This document shows, piece by piece, positions 60,207 to 64,000 of a stretch of 64,000 nucleotides of DNA. Position numbers and translations under genes: made by a program. Source of the stretch: Promethearchaeota archaeon (GTDB lineage: Archaea > Asgardarchaeota > Lokiarchaeia > Sigyniarchaeales > SOKP01); assembly GCA_048939995.1 (NCBI GenBank), contig JBHLOY010000004.1:192001-256000 (forward strand), in the 5' to 3' direction. Each line of letters starts with the position of its first letter. The first letter of the stretch is position 1. The notes below the pieces were generated by a model. It ran no database searches, was not told the origin of the DNA, and saw only the letters and a list, made by a program, of their open reading frames with translations.

Positions 60207-61469
60207 TTATTCAATTCCAAATACAAATTTAATAACATCAATAATATCAGCCTTTCTTGCATTAGAAGGTAATTCTATCTCATATTCACTGCAAAATTTT
60301 TTTAATTCCCTCACCGTCCAATCATTTAAATCTTCAGGTAATTTAGCCAATCCCTGCTTCATTTTCTCCTCTTTCTTAAAATCAATTGTACGTTCTAATT
60401 TCTCCCCTGTCAAATCTTCAATTGCTCCCAGTATATCTTCTAAATCTTCTTTACTCCTTTCTGGAATAACCTCTAATAACTCTTCTTCGGGTTTTTCTTG
60501 ATTTTCCAAAGCTTTTTTGATTGCTTCTAAATGTTCTTTTTTCCTTTCTAATTTATCTTTTTTTAATTTTTCAACTTCTTTCAAAATTTCATTATAATTA
60601 TCCTTAAAATATTTTAGACTTGCATTAATCAGATCTGAAAAGTTATCCCAATCTTCTGCTCTTATAACAGAGCTAGCCCAATGAAATAGATCTAATTGAA
60701 GATCAATTGTAATTACTTTTCCTTCCATTTCAATATCTGTGGTTAACCATCTCAAAATGTTAGCTATAATTAAATCATTATCAAATGCTGAAAAGCCATA
60801 TTCACGTCCTAATGAAGATAAAATTGATAAAGTACCGAAAGCAACAACTTTTCCCTTGAAATACTCAACAGCTACCATTAATGGAATTTTTGGGCAATCC
60901 TCCTCAATCCATTCCTCTCCATCAAATACATTTCTCCAGCAATTTAATCCTCCTTTAACAATCATTTCAATCCTAATGTTTTTTTCTTCTAAAAAGTCTA
61001 AAACTTCAATAGAGCATGGATTTGAGAGAACAATTTTCTTTATTTGTTCAGTTATAAAATGGGGTTTAAAATTTTGCAGTAAAGGGCGTTTTTGCAGATT
61101 AACATAAGTAACCGAATCAGATATTTCATCAGAAGCAAACTTAAACCCAAAATTACGTGTTAATTCATTTAAGTTGGTGCGGTTTAGATAATCTCCCCCT
61201 CTAGCTCCCATTATTAACAAACTTCCACCATTTCTTACAAAGTCCTCAAGAGTTTCTATCTCTTTCGGATTTAGACTAATATTTTTAGGAGTTGATATAA
61301 TTATTACATCATAATTTCCTAACTTCTCTGAGGAGAAACCAGCTTCAATTTTACCTAATTTATATCCAGAATTGAACAGGAATTGGGTGAAATCAGCATA
61401 ACTGGGAGCTTCTAGACTTAACATATTATTATGCGAGTAATCTAACCCAATTGCAATATCATTCTTCAT
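60207..61469 (-). CDS. GATase-like (GIFT/DUF4350) domain + RHH-like + coiled region + HeH/SAP-like domain
   Basis: DYSHN, YDVIII, FVRNGGSLLI, LNELT, GKVVAFG, ANILRWL; VITIDL..FSDLINASL; WTVRELKKFC..NARKADII. Confidence 0.65.
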   Translation of the reverse strand: MKNDIAIGLDYSHNNMLSLEAPSYADFTQFLFNSGYKLGKIEAGFSSEKLGNYDVIIISTPKNISLNPKEIETLEDFVRNGGSLLIMGARGGDYLNRTNLNELTRNFGFKFASDEISDSVTYVNLQKRPLLQNFKPHFITEQIKKIVLSNPCSIEVLDFLEEKNIRIEMIVKGGLNCWRNVFDGEEWIEEDCPKIPLMVAVEYFKGKVVAFGTLSILSSLGREYGFSAFDNDLIIANILRWLTTDIEMEGKVITIDLQLDLFHWASSVIRAEDWDNFSDLINASLKYFKDNYNEILKEVEKLKKDKLERKKEHLEAIKKALENQEKPEEELLEVIPERSKEDLEDILGAIEDLTGEKLERTIDFKKEEKMKQGLAKLPEDLNDWTVRELKKFCSEYEIELPSNARKADIIDVIKFVFGIE

Positions 61470-61569
61470 AGTTTTTGATCATTCCTTTTTACTCTGTTAA
61501 ATAATAATACTTCTTATTTTTAAATTTCTTTTTAGCTCATTGTGTAATTTTTGATTAATCGAAGTAAAT

Positions 61570-62427
61570 CTAAGTCTTTAGGGCTAATATATCAATTACT
61601 GTATGGTATAAATTAGGTCCGTATGATTTAACAAATCGTTTCCCCAGAATTTTGCAATTTAAATTCTCTGTTTTAGCTATCGCTTTAAATTCCTCAAACA
61701 ATAATAAATATTCTTCCTTTTTTGTGACTCCTTCATAGTGATATATCGTACCTTTTTCCTTTACAAGTGATAAAGCGTCTTTAACATAATCCTTTGGTGC
61801 AGGAAACACACCCATGATAACTCTATCTACTAATATTCCGGATTTACTTAATTTTATTACTTCTTGTTTACAATCCCCTTGAATTGGAATGATAATATCC
61901 TCAAGATGATTAAGTTTAATATTTTCAACTAAATAGCGATACGCATCTGGATTTAATTCAATACTATAAATCCTTTTAGGTTTAGCATTTTTAGCAATCG
62001 GTAGAGAAAAATAACCTATTCCAGCAAACATATCCACGATAATTTCATTTTCTTTGACTAAAGTTGCCAAATACTTCCTCTCGTTCACATTGCCTTTACT
62101 AAACATTAATTTTGTAATATCAAATTTATATATCACATTATGTTCCTTATGTTCAACTATGGGGTTGTCTTCTCCTGCAATCAATTCCATTTTTTCTGGA
62201 GTTCTAAACTTTCCAACTATTTTACCAGAATTAAGATACACAGATCTATAATTGGGAAAAATATCTAAACATGCTTCCCCAATCAAAAATCTGCTTTCAA
62301 AGAGTTTTGAGTCCAATCGCAATATTATAACCTTACCTAAATTTTGAAATCCGCTAGGTAGATAAGAAAGTTCTTGTTCTGTTAATACAGATTTTAGTTT
62401 TTGTTTAAGATTGTCTTTAAAACCCAT
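61570..62427 (-). CDS. taw2: Taw2/TYW2 (Met-10+/Trm5 family) tRNA wyosine aminocarboxypropyl/methyl transferase
   Basis: MFSKGNVNER, DMFAGIGYFS, ELNP, RVIMG, VKSYGP. Confidence 0.78.
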   Translation of the reverse strand: MGFKDNLKQKLKSVLTEQELSYLPSGFQNLGKVIILRLDSKLFESRFLIGEACLDIFPNYRSVYLNSGKIVGKFRTPEKMELIAGEDNPIVEHKEHNVIYKFDITKLMFSKGNVNERKYLATLVKENEIIVDMFAGIGYFSLPIAKNAKPKRIYSIELNPDAYRYLVENIKLNHLEDIIIPIQGDCKQEVIKLSKSGILVDRVIMGVFPAPKDYVKDALSLVKEKGTIYHYEGVTKKEEYLLLFEEFKAIAKTENLNCKILGKRFVKSYGPNLYHTVIDILALKT

Positions 62428-62567
62428 GAATTATCATATAGGTGATTTATTCAATAATAAATTTATAAAATTGTCAAGTTAAATTATTATATAATCATAA
62501 ATCATTCATATTATTAGAATATATGAAAATTAAATTTAATAAAAAACAAAAAAATAATGAGTTTAAT

Positions 62568-64000
62568 ATGCCAAGCATAGAAGATGAAGAATTCCATATA
62601 GATGAATCGAAAGTATGGTTTACTGGTGGTTATTGGCCAGAAGGAGTTCCGCACCAATTAAAGGATATAGAAGATGTTGTAGTTTTGCCATTATGGGACT
62701 ACTTTATAGATGCTGCTAACAGATATGAAACCTGGGACAAACATATTTGCGATTTTGTCTATGGTTCATATATTGAGCGCGTAACACTTAGAACTTTATT
62801 TGATTACGCTAAACGATTTGGGTCATTCCTCTATGATGATTTAGGTATCAGAAAGGGCGATGTAGTAGCAATAGACCTGCCAAATTCTATCAATTTTGTC
62901 GTAGCTTATATGGGATGTCAATATATAGGAGCTATTGCTCAAGGTATCAATCCTACTTATAGACCAATGGAACTTTTACACTCCTTAAACATGACTAACG
63001 CTAAAGTATTTGTAATGATGGATATGCTTTATATCGCAGGACCTAAGGATATCCTACCTAAAACAAGTGTGAAGTATGTAATTCCTTCGAATTTTGCTGA
63101 TTTTCTGACTGCTGATGAAGCCACAATCGAAAAATTAGGAATTCCAAATGCTAGAGATAAGATCCCAAATGAAACAGAACACTATAAAGTATATTGGATG
63201 GATAAAATTATCAAGAATACAAAACCAATTGAAATAGAAACCAGAATTGATCCTTGGGTGGATCCAGCTGTCTATTTAATGACGGGAGGAACTACTGGAT
63301 TGCCAAAGGTGGCTATGCTCTCCCATGCGAATCTCAGCTGTAATCTTAATATGGCGAAACCTTGGACAAATCTGAAGGCGGGAATGATAACCATCGGATC
63401 TATTCCGTTTTTCCATAGCTTCGGTTTGACATGTGTTATGAATGCAGCTCTTGGTTTGGGAATGGTTATGCTTTTATTCCCAAAACCACCTTCAGATGAT
63501 GTTTTGTGTGAAGCGATAAATAAAATAGATGCTCCTGAAGGAATAATGTATGTTGGTGTTGAAATGTTATTTAAAAGACTTACCGATTTTGTAAATGAAA
63601 TGGGAGTAGATGAATTCAAGAAAAAGTACGATTTTTGGAAGAAATTGAGATATGCAAATCAAGGTGCTGGACCTCTCCACGACTATGTGCGAATTCCATT
63701 TGAAGAGATTTTCTGTTCAATACGTTCTGGTTATGGATTGACTGAGACATCTCCCATGCAAAGTATTGCTCCTTTTTGGGGACCTACTAAAACTGGAAAA
63801 TTAGGATTACCAATTCCTGGTGCTGATTGGGCTATTTTTGATTCTGAAAATTTTGAAGCAGGTCCAATCTGTGATGGCACCAAAGAAAGAGGCGGATTTG
63901 GAATAGAAAATACAGGAGAGATATGTTGCGCAGGACCGCATATTATGTTAGGCTATTTAGGTAAACAAAAAGAACAGGAAGATAATATAAAGTATTGGGG
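62568..64000 (+). CDS. Long-chain fatty-acid-CoA ligase (runs off the window end)
   Basis: Open frame from ATG 62568 (or 62523): GDVVAIDLPN, MTGGTTGLPK, PFFHSFG, GYGLTETSP, GEICCAGP. Confidence 0.9.
   Translation, partial: MPSIEDEEFHIDESKVWFTGGYWPEGVPHQLKDIEDVVVLPLWDYFIDAANRYETWDKHICDFVYGSYIERVTLRTLFDYAKRFGSFLYDDLGIRKGDVVAIDLPNSINFVVAYMGCQYIGAIAQGINPTYRPMELLHSLNMTNAKVFVMMDMLYIAGPKDILPKTSVKYVIPSNFADFLTADEATIEKLGIPNARDKIPNETEHYKVYWMDKIIKNTKPIEIETRIDPWVDPAVYLMTGGTTGLPKVAMLSHANLSCNLNMAKPWTNLKAGMITIGSIPFFHSFGLTCVMNAALGLGMVMLLFPKPPSDDVLCEAINKIDAPEGIMYVGVEMLFKRLTDFVNEMGVDEFKKKYDFWKKLRYANQGAGPLHDYVRIPFEEIFCSIRSGYGLTETSPMQSIAPFWGPTKTGKLGLPIPGADWAIFDSENFEAGPICDGTKERGGFGIENTGEICCAGPHIMLGYLGKQKEQEDNIKYW

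Noticed and set aside
223-63619. Numerous 60-140 aa ORFs antisense to or overlapping real genes (e.g. 44576..45004, 48410..48790, 60739..61107, 63272..63619)
   Set aside because: Shadow ORFs of well-supported genes with no recognisable motifs

Overview
AT-rich, gene-dense archaeal DNA, most likely an Asgard archaeon of Lokiarchaeia type. This is inferred from Alba, Sec11-type signal peptidase, nurA-herA-mre11-rad50, Cdc48 with an HbYX tail, PCI/TIR/longin-like domains and many acyl-CoA genes. The left half covers acyl-CoA and lipid metabolism: Fd-EtfA/EtfB/acyl-CoA dehydrogenase, an atypical B12 acyl-CoA mutase with MeaB, a CoA-transferase-like pair lacking the catalytic Glu, thiolase/DUF35 and SCP2. 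The right half carries DNA repair, tRNA modification and proteostasis genes. The most striking locus is 42.3-52.3 kb. An ArsR-type winged-helix domain is fused to a degenerate HdrA-MvhD and is followed by MvhG and an MvhA-type [NiFe] large subunit. That subunit shows both hallmarks of sensory hydrogenases: His-to-Gln in L1 and no C-terminal maturation extension. All three genes appear to lack canonical start codons. The operon is divergent from three paralogous unknown genes, an MtdB-like dehydrogenase and Cdc48, and the promoters share a TTGAY-N10-RTCAA palindrome. This suggests a DNA-binding, one-component H2/redox-sensing hydrogenase and its regulon (inference). No tRNA, rRNA, CRISPR or IS element was recognised.
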